64,000 bases of DNA from Lenisia limosa. Lineage: Eukaryota; Protista; Breviatea. Location of the stretch: NCBI GenBank assembly GCA_001655205.1, contig LPNZ01009518.1, positions 1 to 64,000 on the forward strand. The letters run 5' to 3'. Below are positions 36,570 to 50,743 of this stretch, one piece after another. Positions within the stretch are counted from its first letter, which is position 1. Each line of letters starts with the position of its first letter. The translations under genes and the position numbers were made by a program. The notes beneath the pieces were generated by a model. It saw only the letters and a program-made list of their open reading frames with translations. It ran no database searches and had not been told where the DNA came from.

Positions 36570-39500
36570 ACAAAACTAAAGACAAAAGCTTAGCCACAAT
36601 ACATTGGCCAATCCGATTAGTGAATATATGTGAGGTTCCTGTACGGCACACATGATGGCGGAAGATAGCTTCAGTAACAGTGTTTCCAGTGGTGGTATTC
36701 AAGAGCATAGGCCGTTGTGTTCTGCATCCTGAAATCTGTAGCGCAACTGATTTTCCATTGCCTGTAACTGCTGTCACCTTTTCCTGTATCTGGTGGATAA
36801 TCAGTGATAGAAGCCAAATTTTCTCAAAGTTATATATGATAAAAATATTGACAAACAAAATGGTTAAAAAGAACACAATGAAAAAGAAAGAAGCCGAATT
36901 TACAACACCAACCTCTTTTATGAGGTTTTCCGATTCATCTGGTATCTGGCAGTCTTTTCCAAATGTGAGGCAGCCATCCCAGCGATTTTCAACCTATTAA
37001 TAATTATAAATGAAGACAAAGTTACAGTCATACTCTCAGAAAACGTGCAGTTATTGCAACTTCTCCTTCAAATTTTAAAACATACAGTGAAGAGCTATTT
37101 TTTGCCAGAGCCGGATTGTTAGTTTTATAATTCTAAGTTTGTTAAATAACATGATAATATTACCTGTCCAATCTCAAGTGTAGGTCGTCTTTTAGAGGTC
37201 GTATGGGAGATAAGATTGATGATACCACTTTTCACAAAGATCTAGAGAGAATCAACGGAAAACAAAAATCAACTTACAGCAGGGGGTAAAATAGATGTAT
37301 CAACATTTAATATGGAATGGATCAGATCTATAGACGAGTCAAAAATAAAAAAAAGTCTCACCAGGAGCAGTTAAAGTGCCTAAAATGTGCTGCGTCATGT
37401 TGGAATTACCTATTCTTGAAACCAATTTTTGAAGTTCTTCACTGGTTAAATTGATGGTTGGGTCCTGATAACGGTAAGGCTGCATAATTACAAACCTCTA
37501 AATTTACTAGCTTATCCAAAAGAGATTTATTTACTTCTAGGTTGTGACACGCTTCAATATGCTTCAAAAAGACATTATCAAGAGCAAATACGTTGTTCTC
37601 TATCCTGTAGTACAACTTTTGGTTGACACGGATACGCTCTGATAGGTTAGCAATTACATGACCATTAAAACAGGGATTCAAATGGGAAATTTGTCTTTAA
37701 TATCAGTTTAATTTTCAAAGCCTTTCTTGGAGCGATATAATAGTATATCATATGATATGCATATTATTAGACTTTGTTTTGATAATGGGTCTTTTGTCTC
37801 TTTCGGGAAAGGAGTAAAAGAGGCAAAAGTGGCGTGAATCAAAATTAATATGACGCGGAAAAAAGTATAACGTACTTTGGAAAACCGAACCAACTTTCCA
37901 TTTGGAACCCTGCTTTAAAATACATAATGAACGTGGTAGGTCTTGACCAGAAGAGAAATCTGATCCAGTCAACACATACCACGGTCATGGTGTACTATAT
38001 CATTGAATATGTAAGAATAAAACAATCAAAGCACAAGTGTCAATGGACTAAAATGCACTCAGCATTACCCTCGTGTTAGCTTCTTTACCAATTACCCATT
38101 TCGACTAGAAAGGTAATATATTGGATACCATGTCAATTTTATTTAAAAAAAGGCTGTTTCATCGAAAAAGAGCAAAGAGTCGTCAGACAATCCTTTCATA
38201 ATAATGAAGAACAATGAGTCATCCTGCTACACTTCCATAGTTATGAAAAGAACAATGAGTCATAATATAACTTTTTGTCTCATTTTCACGCGTCTGAACT
38301 GTCATAGAAATGAAGTACTATAAGCTATCATGCTAAATGCCATCGACATGAAAAAAACAATTAACAATCATATCACACTTTCAGATTAAGAAGAATCTTG
38401 AGTCATGATACCACACTTTGATAGATATGAAGAAAACCAGTCATTTTTTGCACTTTCGAAATGAGGAATATCATACTTGCAGTCATTACCACTTTCTTTA
38501 TTTAAAAATTGTCAATAGGTTAACCCGTATATAATATATCATTGAGACCTTTCGGTCAATTATCATACGAGTGGATATGAGGGATCATATCACTTCGTGA
38601 TAGTAAATGCCTGTGAAAATGATTCAAAAAGTGATGTGGTTGTTTTTGGGCAAAATGGATATTCCAAAAAGTCCACTTTCATGAAATATCCAATTTGTCC
38701 AAAAAGTCCACTTAAATACCAAGATCCAACACAAACATTTACAACAGGTCAATTCTAAGGCCTCGGATTATCTCTAGCATACTTTAAACACATTTTCCTT
38801 TAACTGCATTATCGAATCTCATTTATCACCAAACGGTTGATGTTTTTATTTGGCACATATGATGTATAAGGATGTTCTCAGGCCTAACTGTATACTACGG
38901 TACTTGAGCGCCTGGGGAGATAATCTTCTCCCTTCTGTATTTAGACAAGAATAAAATGAAGCAGGTCGTATCCTTTTGATGCTGAATACTTTATTTGAAA
39001 AATTGAAAGACACTGGCTGGCTTGTAATGTTTATCAACCTGCTTCAGGCAAAAAATGACGTGTCATTGTTTTAAAACGGGTCAACAGCGTATTATTTTTT
39101 GTTTCTGGTTCTTATTATCGTAGATAACTCGGTCATAGAGTCAATAAACTGCTGCCCATTTCCAGAGCTTCTTGGAGATAATCCATATTGAAAAGGTCCC
39201 CTTTTATAGTATATAGTTTAATATAATATACATGTATGCTATTGCAATGAGAAATAAAAAATAAGGCTGCATCTGGCTGAAGCCGTCCACACNNNNNNNN
39301 NNTCTGTGCACACAGCTTTCTGCGTGCCTCCCTAGTATACCGACAAAGGTACAATAGCCCCTGTATAATAACCCATGTAGGCCCTCCTAAATCCGTCTTA
39401 TGCCACAGATTCAGGAGGTACCAGAGAGTTAGAATTGCAGACATCAGAGGCTTTATAGAAAAATATTCATAAATATTGAAACGTCCTCAAAGGAGAACAG

Positions 39501-41787
39501 ATTATAAGGGGCTCAATAGAAGGAAAAGGTCACAGGTGGAAGATCCCTTAGTCTATGAGGCCGGTGAGGTTGCTTAGGACAAGAGTCCTCAGTTTCATCA
39601 TATACAATATATAGTACACTGTCCATGGTAAATCTTGGCCGAAATGAATCAGATTTCCCTTCGGAAAATCGGTCAAGATTCATCATGGTCAATGAATATT
39701 ATATCATACACAGTATAATACAGTCATATAATTGTTAATCCATCTGAAAAAGGAATAAGTTATTTGGCTTATTGCATTAGATCACAGGAAAACATTCAGA
39801 ATTTGAGACCATTATATCAACTCGCATGAAAATTGATAACCAAATCTCTCTGAATAATCAACCCCAGCAACCATATATCGCAGTTTTTAAATGATAATTC
39901 GAGATAAAATTGTTGGATTGGTTCTATCATTACCTTTAAAATATGACAATTCGGTGCCTGATGTTAAAATGCAAAAGTATCGCACATCTGATACGTCTCC
40001 AATGTAAGCTAGGGAGTGAAAAACATAATCAGGTTAGATTCATCATCTGGTACGCTTCCCCCACATGGCAGAATGGCATGCTCTGAATGTGCCAGAACTA
40101 TCGCATTAACCGGAAAAGGGTCATACAGTCTTGCAGTCAATGGGTCCCATTCATATTCTTCATTCTAAACAGTTGTGAGAAGTATTAATGGTCGCGTATA
40201 CCAAAGCAGCATTTTGATGAATTATTTGGTTAATTTCTTCCTTTGTCAGGTCAAGAAGAGTTTTATCAGCAGGAAGCGTCACTTCTAAACATGTAACACC
40301 CAATCTACGACAAACCTCTAGAAGCAACCTTATTAATTAAATACTGCATTGTCGTGTATTCAATTAGATCGGGTGGTTCCATTCCGAGTTGATGAGAACT
40401 GCTTGATGTTGCAAACAAGGTTTGTGCGTCAACTATCTCTTGTGACCACTCTAAGCCCACAGAACAAGAAGATATCAGTTGTCCAGAAGGTAAAACTCCA
40501 GAAAATGAGAAAGCCATCAACGGCATTCCGCTAAGTTTGCAAGCAGCATTATGCTCATGAAGCTATATACATATGTGAATAGATGAAGCAGGATAAAGCT
40601 CACCTTTTGTAAAAGAGATGCAATAGTATCAGTAAATGATCGAGAGAGGGAACTTGAGTCTCTACCAAACCCAGTCTTTCTTTTCAAGACAGACAGTAAA
40701 GCTACAGCTGTTAAAACAAAAATAATGAAGTGTCAGCACCTCTAGCCGGATCTGAACCTCTAACACAATTGAAAATGCGTGCAGTTTTAGTGTCTGCAAA
40801 TTAAGAAATGGGCTATCTACCTTGGGTACAAAGTACTTTAAAGACAACATACCGATTTTTCCGTAATAGACACAGTCTGCTAGCTGATAACTGAAGTCCT
40901 CGATGACATCTGTGTGTTACCAATATCTTGATAGTGATACAAACCAATGGTAGTCTTTTGCCGATACGATTTGAATCTGCTCCTGATGTTTTGATAATAA
41001 TCGATATTGCTTGAATTTCGGATATCTCTATTATAAATACATGGTTAGCTTCATACCCGAGTTTGACTTGAATGTAGACGCTTCTAAGCAGTGACATTAG
41101 AAATAAATAATGATGAATATCCATCATTATATATACTAGGGAGGTTGTAATGTACTGTTGAGATATAGCCAAGCTAACCAGAAAGAATTTTTCTAAAATC
41201 AGGAGAAATCTGTCTGGTAATCTGAATATATAAGAGCTTGGATTATCAAAAAGAATATACTACAAATAAAAAAAAATTAAAAACTATACCTTCCTCTGTA
41301 ATGGTGTTTTCTCAGTTGGCCTTGGACGATGAGAGGTGTCATTGATAGGCTCATGAATACCTAGAGATAGATTGGTCAAAACTATACTTATTATATTACT
41401 ACAGACCAGGTTCACAATCTGATGTAATTTCCGTCGTCTCACAAATCGCTGGGTCTGATGATGATTCAATGTCTATATTCGGTAAAATGTTCTATGATTA
41501 GGATTGACTGAAGAAAATACTAACCATTAGCCTCGGATTCAGGTTCTTCAACATCATCCATAAGTACTGGTGACACTGAAGGTTGAACAGGTTCAACTTG
41601 TGCTTGTGTCTCCAGGTCAGTTTCTGCTGCTCTCTTCCTTGCTCCAAAACGCTAGCAGAAAATGAAATTTACTTCTCACACCACAGTATATTCACAATCC
41701 CACCATATTTCATAATTTGCGTACCATATTAGGAAGAGCATCATCCTCATCTTCAAAAGGTACATGGGAAGCGGATTCCACTTCCAT
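36570..41787 (-). CDS. Large hypothetical protein (multi-exon, acidic N-terminus)
   Basis: Starts MEVESASHVPFEDEDDALPNM. Many GT-AG exons follow, e.g. LHEHNAACKLSGMPLMAFSFSGVLPSGQL and IFVKSGIINLISHTTSKRRPTLEIGQ. The 3' end is uncertain. Confidence 0.55.
38178..38500. repeat. Degenerate ~40-bp minisatellite-like array
   Basis: AGTCAT-like hexamers occur at 38178, 38217, 38258, 38300, 38401, 38440 and 38481, mostly followed by a CACTTT-like motif. Confidence 0.55.
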
Positions 41788-42065
41788 CGTTGGAAAAGTG
41801 AGGTAGGAGGGCAAGGAAAGGGAAGTATGTAACTGATAAACCCTTGCTGATATTACGAAAAGAAGACGTTTTTGACTAATAAGTACAGTTTTGCAGAAGA
41901 GGAAGAACACGGTATTGATGTTCCAATAATGGCTACAAGTGGCCCACTTTCTGGGAGTTGGCATCACCTGCCGGTCACCCACTGCTTACTGGATTATTTG
42001 ATTTTCATGATTTTTTTTGCTTGCTTTCTGTTTTAACAAAACAGCAAAATAACAAACATCAAACA

Positions 42066-44743
42066 ATGATAAAAAGAGTGTTATTGGGACTACTGTGCCT
42101 TTGTACCGTGGTTGCAGGAGAGGAGTATTTTGCCTCTTGCACTGAAGACAACATCAAAGCGTGTACACTCACCAAAGGAGGTGGGTAGATGAATTTTATC
42201 ATTTCCGACAATAAAAATAGTTTTAATGAGGGGCATAAATATGTTATGAGATGCCACATCTTCATTCCTTTCCGCTTATTGTGCCGAGACCTGTTTATTC
42301 CGCTTGTCGTGTGCTCCTACGCAGACCAAACTCCTTAAAAATCGTTTCTTTCCTTTTTTTTAGCTTAAATAGTGGAGTAACATTGGTTGAGACTATGTGC
42401 TGGCAATGGTTGTTGTCACGATTTATACAATTTACTTTCGCAGGACCAATCTTTAGCCTCTACAATTTGGGTATATTTGGCTGAACAATGGCCAGAGGCC
42501 TGTTTTAAAATTGACATTATATTGAGAAATAATTCAGGTTCCTCATATTCTAGCACCCAAGAATGATGACTGGCAGGCGTATATAATGTGGAACAACACA
42601 ATTGCTGAGGTACGGGTCCTACTAAACTCCACATGACTGATACTTTAGTATGGCTTTGGTGATATGGATGTCAAGATAAACCACAAACACAGTGCCAAGC
42701 TGGATATTAAGTTCTATGCTGCTGGAGTCCTTGAAGGTGCTATCTCTGCGGATCCGTGAGCTGTGTTTTTTGTGTAACGATGCAGGATTTGGAACCAATA
42801 CGTTAATCTTCACTACTTCACCTTCCCCGACACCCCAGAAGACTATATGCCAGATTGTGAGTGGTGCAAGCCATCATATTTATTATCCTAGTGATTTATG
42901 AATTTGTTGAAATGCAACGAAATTGGGTTGAGGTAAGCAAGTGCTCACCCCTGGTCATTTTACAGATTGAAGTTGGGAACAACTATGATGACGAGTTTTG
43001 GCAAGAAATTGGCCATTCAATGTATCAGTTCAATGGACTTCTTGCTGGATTCCAATCTCAAAAGGTTGCTCCATTGTAGGACTTCTTTTTAGCTCTGACG
43101 GGTAGTGAGATGAGCCGTGCGCACTTCATGCTTGCCACATCATTTGGAGACTTTTTTGAGATTGTTGGAAAGTTCACTCCTGGAGCCCGCACAGTATGAT
43201 CTGCTGTTGATGGTTGATCTTTTAGGACTGGGATAACATCAGCACCGAGGAAGCTAATATCGAACTTCTCACCCAAGTTAGGCCGGTTTGGGCATTCTGA
43301 TGTTTTAGGGGCATTGCTCAGCACTCATTCGTGTCACACCCGATCTGACTGACCTTATTGCCGCGCACAATTCGTGAGTCTGGTTGTGTACAGGTGATCA
43401 TCTCTTAGATGGTTCACTTTTGCTGCTTCGGCTGGTCGTGCCATCAAGAAAACTAATTTCCCGAACTCTCGAGGCGAACAAGTCCAGGTGAGACCACTAG
43501 GAATCCGTCACTCTCAACTTTTATTGTCATGCCATTGTTGTTAACAGTCAGGTCCACATGTCGTCTTACACTGGCGCGGTATCTTCTAATGACGACTACT
43601 ATCTCACCTCGCACGGACTACAGGTGCGTGTTCACAGGGGGGTTTACCAGGTTCCAATACAGTCTTGACATTAAAAATCCATAATAAATCTTCCCGCGAG
43701 ATATGATTCTGACATCATAGGTTATTGAGACCTCCCTCAACGTTCTTGACTCGCAGCTCTACGACCTTGGTTTGTTTTAATTGTTGTTAACATTTAGTGA
43801 AACCTGAGTCTTTGCTTTACTGGGAGCGAGTGATGGCAGCCAACCGCCTTGCCCGCACTCCTGAAGAATGGACCTCTCTTTTCAAGAGACAGAATTCTGG
43901 AACCTACAAGTAAGTAGCAGGTTGTTTTCTTACATCAAAGCAATCAATGGATGGTGTTGTCTTACAAGCGCTTCACCCCTGGCAAGCCAATGCCACCCAA
44001 TACATTCAGGTAGGGTCTTTGTAAGTGGTCATCTTCAGGGTCCTCGAACAGGCTCCAGGTCTTGTTGTCGACAAGGATATGACTGATACCCTGGCAATGG
44101 CCGGGTTGGTGGGGATGGCACTTGTGGAATAAGTCTCGTCAATAACTATTCCAAATTTAAATTTGACTGACATCACAGATTCTGGCCCTCTTTCAACATC
44201 CCCTATTTCGATGAGGTATTCAATTACCTTGGTTACAAGAAGTACACTGAGGTTCATGGCAACTACTTCACCTACCAAATGGTAACAGACCGTCAGTTTA
44301 ACAATACAGTGTCCGCGCGCCACCATCTTCAGGCGTGACGCGCAGAGTGTCATGAACATCAAAGACATGATGGAAGTCATCAGACAGAACGACTACAAAC
44401 ACGACCCCCTGGCCCTTGGTCACCCTGGTAACCAAATTGCCTCCCGATTTGATTTGGACTCTGACCGGCCACGCCTTGCCGGCACATACGACGCCAAAGT
44501 CACTGACTACAACAGCTTCATGAATGATCTCACGGTACGGGTCTTCTTCGTCTTCTCGTCTTATAATTAGATGTACGCTGTGGGAGGTCCAATTGCCAAC
44601 ACTAACATCCCTGCTTTCCAATGGTAAGACCCTTAGATCGGGTAACACTCAGGTCAACATCGCCTTTTGAGAAGATCCCCCACCAAGGCCTTCCAGATGG
44701 TCCTTACAACTACGCCTGGCGCCTGTACGAATCTAGAACTTAG
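42066..44743 (+). CDS. PLBD: Phospholipase B-like protein (Ntn hydrolase, secreted/lysosomal)
   Basis: Signal peptide MIKRVLLGLLCLCTVVAG; catalytic GHCSALIRV...AAHNSW; SSYTGAVSSNDDYY; VMAANRLA; NSGTYNNQWMV; YWPSFNIPYF; PRATIFRRD; IASRFDL...YDAKV. Confidence 0.95.
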
Positions 44744-44791
44744 GAAATGTACTCATGGTTAAGGAGAACTGAATTGAAATGATTACCATAA

Positions 44792-47700
44792 TTACTTGCT
44801 TGAGCCGACAAGATACCATTTTCCTCTTGCAGATGCAGCGGCTCTGCGCACCACTCGTTTAGGGTCACTCAGCACCGGCATCTTCAACGTCAGCATAGAG
44901 CAGACTTACCAGGGTGGCAATGACCTTGCCACGTGATTTGAGACTTGCCTTTTCAGGAAGGCTTGAGGACAGTTGTGCGATGAGCAGGAGGGCTGCCTCT
45001 CGAACCGCCTATTAACATTACAAGGGAAGGGTGGCTCAAAGGCCCTAACACCAGCATACAGGAGGAGAAGGAAGCACACAGAGAGCAAGGGATTTTGAAA
45101 GGAGAGTTGAAGACGGCAGGGCTGATGTTTTGGCCTCGGACTAAACAATGAGCAAAATTCAAACCGAACGCTTACCATTGCAGTGAGAGTAGTGAGGATT
45201 CTAGGGTGATGAATTGGACTTCCAGTTGACAATGAAGAAATAAGCATCGGAATCGTCTACAAGGTCAACGATATGGTCATCTCACCTCAGCTGAACGATC
45301 AATGAGAACTTCTGTCGGGACTTTGGAAGCCATGCAAGCGAAGATGCCAAGAAGACGGACCTACCATAGGTAAGATAAAACCTTGAGGTGAAGCAACAAA
45401 CCTGGCCGTCAGTATCAGACAGTCGCCACTCGGATTGCAAGTCCCCTACCATCGACAGTAGCAGTGAGCGCCTCCAGAAAAGGGCTTCAACAGAGCCGAC
45501 TAAACCATCACACGACAAGCAGACGTACCTTCTCCACAAAGTCCGATATACTGTGATGTCAAGGCGTGTGTGAGGCCCGCAGCAGCTGACAAGTTATCAA
45601 TAAAAGGATCGTCATACCTCCGGCAGCATATTCAGCATGATTGTCAGAAAGAACCATCAGTCCAGCGGTCTAGGATGTCATGAAATCATGAAACAATGTC
45701 AAATCAACAAATACCCAAACAAAGGCTACTGAAACGACACTACAGACAAACAATATTCGCCTTGTGCATACTTGAACATCGACATCGGTTCGAGAACCGG
45801 AAAGGAGTACCAAGTCCTTGACCAAGGGGATGAGAGTATCATGACCTGCTGAAAGCGATCCAATACAGATCTGAGAGGATCGTCAATAATGTTGATGTGA
45901 GAATGAAAAAAAGAAGTGGAAGAAACATTTCCCCGACCAAATTGGTATCAGAACCCACCCAAGAGAGAAGTTCGGCCGATCGTTTGGGATCGCCATTCGA
46001 GGCGCAGGCAACGTAGTAGGGAAGAACACTGGGTGGACAGCGGTTGGTGAAGACACCAATTGCAGGCAAAACGGACCCGTCTCCCTCCTGAAAGGGGTGA
46101 GAAGATGCCAAGCCTACCCCTTGGACATAGGAAACGACAAGCTTTGTCATGAAGGCTGTGAGGTAGTCTGGAACTTCGACCATTCGGCTTGGCAGAAGTG
46201 GAACGTACATAGGGCCTTCAACAGTTTCTGAATCATTAGACGTTTAAGCCCTTACCAAGAGACTCTTTGAGAACTTCGGCTGACTTGTCTTTGAGTGCAA
46301 AAGGACCTGTTCTAAAAAGTGAGTAACAAGTTAAACAGCATAGCATCATTGTCACACAAACCTGAGGAGAGACATAAAGCCGGTTTCAATTGCAGTCGGG
46401 CAAGTGGGGTTGAGAGTCAGCTACGATATCACACCAATTTCGAAGGAAGCAAACCTGTTCCGGTTTGGGGAGACAAGACGAATGCTCCTTGAGAGTATTC
46501 TTGAGAAGAGAATGAAGAGACAGCAAAGCTGCAGTGAACGCACTAATATGTTACCTAGTTATCAGAGCCTACGCTTCCGGTTTGGATTTTAATGGCAGAA
46601 TAGACACCAAATCGTGTACAGCTGTCATAATCGCAAGGGCCTGTTCGTCTAAAGATATCAGAATGAAGAAACATTATATACTGACAAATCACTGTCATAA
46701 CACTTATGAGGCTCTCATTCCCCATACCATTGGTAGCAAGTTTTTCGCAAGGGACTCCTTCAATAAGGCGTGAAATAACAGAAGGGGCAAGAACTGAGCT
46801 CTCCTGACAGATGCACGAAAGAGTCTTCAGAGACTCAGTTGATGGTTTGTTCAGAAGTTGACAGAGGATAGGCTCGGCAATGTCGACGCTGCTTGTGCCA
46901 AGCACTCGTGCCTAAGGCGTCATGTCAGATGTCTGATCCCTACTAATGCGGTTTGGGCGGCATCCGAAGCGGTTGTCGGACCAATGGCAATTCGGTATAA
47001 ATCTGCCGCAACTTCTGCAGCCTCCTTATCCGAGAGATCACCACCAAGTTTACCAAGACCTAGCTCATGAGATCGCAAAACGGCCTACCCTTAGCGCCGG
47101 AAGCAACCACAATGTCAGCGCTATGCCGGATGGCTGCTGTAAAAGCCTAAAGAGTGACAAGGTTGTTGGAAACATACAAAAGTATCACATATCATTGTGC
47201 AACTATTGATAATGGAAACAATCAAAACCCTTTAGAGTACAAGAAAATAAGAATATTAAGGAGTCTGTTCATTGGTTAGAAGCTAAACACTATTCCTATC
47301 CCAAGGGAGACCTACAGACCTTAAGAAGAGCGCCACGATAGCGAACAGCAGTTTGTGACTCCTTTGACACACCATACATCTCGGCCATCCAAATGACACT
47401 GAAGGCCACATGCGACTCCGCATCTGGGGGAGACCCACACCCGTCATCATCGCGAACCTCTTCAATGGGATCCGAAATACGAGCGTGGTCCAGGATTGGG
47501 AGACTGGTGGAGACAACCAGGTCGGATATCGTCCCTATGTCGGGTTAATTGCAGTGCCAAACAAGCTGGAACATTAATATATTGGGAATGCTATGTCAAT
47601 CTATGCCATCAATTCAATCTATGTCATCAATTCAACTCCATTCCCCACCAGGAACTGCGGCTAATCTACAGAGGATTTCAGCGCATCTGTGACCAAGGGG

Positions 47701-49325
47701 GGTGCCAGGGGACTGAGACATTTCAGCGTTGAGCTTCTCAACAAAGGCTTTTGCGAAGATCAAGGAGTGCGACCCCTGGAGCTGGTTACCGTTATGGGTA
47801 AAACTAACACTGTCGATGGCCGAGAGGACTCTGCACAGTTTCTCAGCGGACAAGGCGAGAGAAGTGATCACTTCAGACTCTCTGAATCCCACAACCAAAC
47901 CAGACATAACGACTAAAGTGTAATAAGAAAGAAGAACTTACCTCGCATTTCTTGAACATGGTTTAAAGCTGGAAGACCAAATGATTTTGNNNNNNNNNNN
48001 NNNNNNNNNNNNNNNNNNNNNNNNNNNNNNNNNNNNNNNNNNNNNNNNNNNNNNNNNNNNNNNNNNNNNNNNNNNNNNNNNNNNNNNNNNNNNNNNNNNN
48101 NNNNNNNNNNNNNNNNNNNNNNNNNNNNNNNNNNNNNNNNNNNNNNNNNNNNNNNNNNNNNAAACAGTATATCATAACACGGCAAACCTTTGTCTGGGCC
48201 ATACCAGACTGCAGTTTGTCCAGAATGAAGGGATACACCAAGTCGTGCATTGTCGGCCGGCATGATAGAACATTACTGCAAGGTAAGAAGCCAACATATG
48301 ATGATATGCTCCTTCCATCACTCACCGGAGAAGTTCCTTGAGCTCCCCAGGGGTGACAACATCAACATCACCAACAGGGGTGGAGAACTGGATTGGGAAG
48401 TAGCAAGAAGTCACATCAAAGAGATCCTAGAAATATGAAAATCTCAGAGCGACGCATACCTCAATGAATTGATCACATGCATCAGGGAAGGTCTTTGCCA
48501 TTTCCAAGATGGTCATAAAGGCGTCCCTAAGGCACCTGGGGTCACGCTCGCCATCAATGACTTGAAGAAATCCGAATACAAAATCCACCGCCATTGGCTT
48601 GAGTCCTAGAGAGTAAGCCAAGGTTCAAGCACATGATACCTTCTCCATAGCGCTTGAGAAGCTGAAGAGTGAGCTGGTAGACAGTGCGGCGAACTGCCAT
48701 CAAAAGACTCTGAACATGCACCTTGAACGTAAAAATTGTAAATGTTACGGGATTGGAGGATGAAGCCGCCAACCTCATTGAAAATAGCTGATGCCAGCCG
48801 GCCAGCCAGATTGTCGCTAATTTTGTGGTTCTTCAGAAGAACTACTAGTCCAGAGAGAATTTCGGAGACAGCAAGTCGGTCAAAAAGACGACCACGAAGG
48901 AAATCAACCTAATTGTAAAGATATGCTAGAACATACAATGAACTCGGCTTCAGCATCATTGATAATGGAAGAATCAGCCTCAGCAACAACAGCTGCAAGA
49001 AGGGCAACACCTGGCCGTAAGCAAATAGGAAAAGTTTATGTTTTATTTATATTGTTCCCCAATTACATCTTACTCGAGCGTTATCACTAATAGCTGTGAT
49101 GTGAGGAGCTAGTAAGAGCACAAAAGCTTGAATGTCCATATCACCACAGGTGAGATCTAAGGAAAATCACAAATAACGAAACCCTTACGAGCTGCAATTT
49201 TAGAAACTGCATGATTGTGTCGTTCTTTACCAAGAGCAGGATTAAGGAAGGCTGAGACCTCCGACTAAAGAGATTGAATATGATATCGCCAGGTGACCAA
49301 CCTTGATCTCTTCGGTACTTTCCAT
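44792..49325 (-). CDS. MMS19: MMS19/MET18 cytosolic Fe-S assembly scaffold (HEAT repeats)
   Basis: Contains FVFGFLQVIDGERDPRCL...DLFDVTSCYFPIQF and the C-terminal LSDPKRVVRRAAASARGKWYLV, both MMS19 signatures. Confidence 0.92.
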
Positions 49326-49666
49326 TGGCTTTCCTTCTCAATTGAATTGTTTTAAAACTTTATTGCTTTGCGTGCTGTTTAAAGGTTCAATGGTTCAAAG
49401 GCGGTTCATGTTTCTTCAGCCAGTTTTAAGCCAATTATGGGTAAAATGAACCCCCAGATTATTATTGAGAAAAACGAAAATATTTTTAAAATTTTCTTGA
49501 TTTCTTATCCGCCCCCAGATACATCTATTGTTTGAAGATACTGTGCTATTGATTACAAACCTAAAATAGGGAAGGCAGGAGGAAAAAGTGAATACTGTGG
49601 CTGGAGACAACGTGTCAAATAATTGTGAATAAATGTGACTCATAAGACGACTCTCTACAAGCTGCA

Positions 49667-50580
49667 ATGGAGTCTGCTCCTCCTGCTGACCTTGGAGGTT
49701 TGGTGGCTTGGTGGTATGGGCGCAGTTGCATTGGGATTTTTTTTTTTTTTTTTTTTTTTNNNNNNNNNNNNNNNNNNNNNNNNNNNNNNNNNNNNNNNNN
49801 NNNNNNNNNNNNNNNNNNTTCCTATTTTTAATTTTTATATGTATCAACAAATCAAAGTGGTTATTTACTAGTTGAATTTACCATTGGACAAAGGAAGCGC
49901 ATTAAACTTCCCATCCTTGGATGAAGTAATCATATCTAAATGGGTGAACTCAGAGGCAAGTTACTTTTTCCCGTCAGTTGTGAGTACTATGTACGGACCT
50001 TGGCGTGAATAGTCACATGAGATCTGGGATGCGGTCAGAAAATAACATAAACGACACTCTTTTTGCTACTTATTACCGTTTTGTCCTTCATTGCGATATT
50101 GGCATGAGCGTAAGCGGAGTCTATTGGGGCATTGCTGATCTCCACTGGCTCAAGAGCGACACTCAGCGTGTCGTCTAGTGCTTCAGTGTGATACGTGCCG
50201 GGTATCCGAATATGCACTACGGCGTTGACGGTAAGTGGAAGCGTACCTTCACCATGGGGCTGGACCTGACCGACGATTGGGGCTCTTCCTTCATCGGATA
50301 TAAAGTGGAAGGGGCATTGGGTGGGTGCTGTGTTTGTCATTCATGGCCGGTTTCTTACGTGCACAATGTAATTCATTCATAAGCGCCGCTGCAGCACATG
50401 CTGTCATTTCTAAGGGCATTAACAGTTGAAATGTTGGGCAAACCTTGGCTTGCTCGCTGATGGTGTATGCTTGAGGACAAATTTCGAGTAAGAGATTTCA
50501 GACCCATGCTGAAAGCACGGAGGATTGGAGGGTGGTGGCTTGTTACAGAGCGGATGGTTATCATGGCTTCTGATTGGGAA
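49667..50580 (+). CDS. hypothetical protein
   Basis: Exon-like segments include LFATYYRFVLHCDIGMS and IRAGYPNMHYGVDGKWKRTFTMGLDLTDDWGSSFIGYKVEGAL. An N gap lies near the 5' end and the boundaries are uncertain. Confidence 0.45.
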
Positions 50581-50743
50581 TAAAATCACTATTATAACAG
50601 TAGAAGGGCACTGGGCTTGATAAATTTAAAAATTGAGAGGGCATGTAGATTGTCCACCAGGGGTTCCCAAAAATCACAACTTGCCTAAATAGGAAAGTTA
50701 GAATTATGTTAGTCTTCTCATTGGGATGTAGCCCCATGGATAT

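Noticed and set aside
26947-40158. 21-nt exact inverted match GAATATGAATGGGACCCATTG (26947-26967 vs 40138-40158)
   Set aside because: Both copies fall in exon-like sequence of unrelated genes, with no flanking similarity or TSD. I treated it as coincidence.
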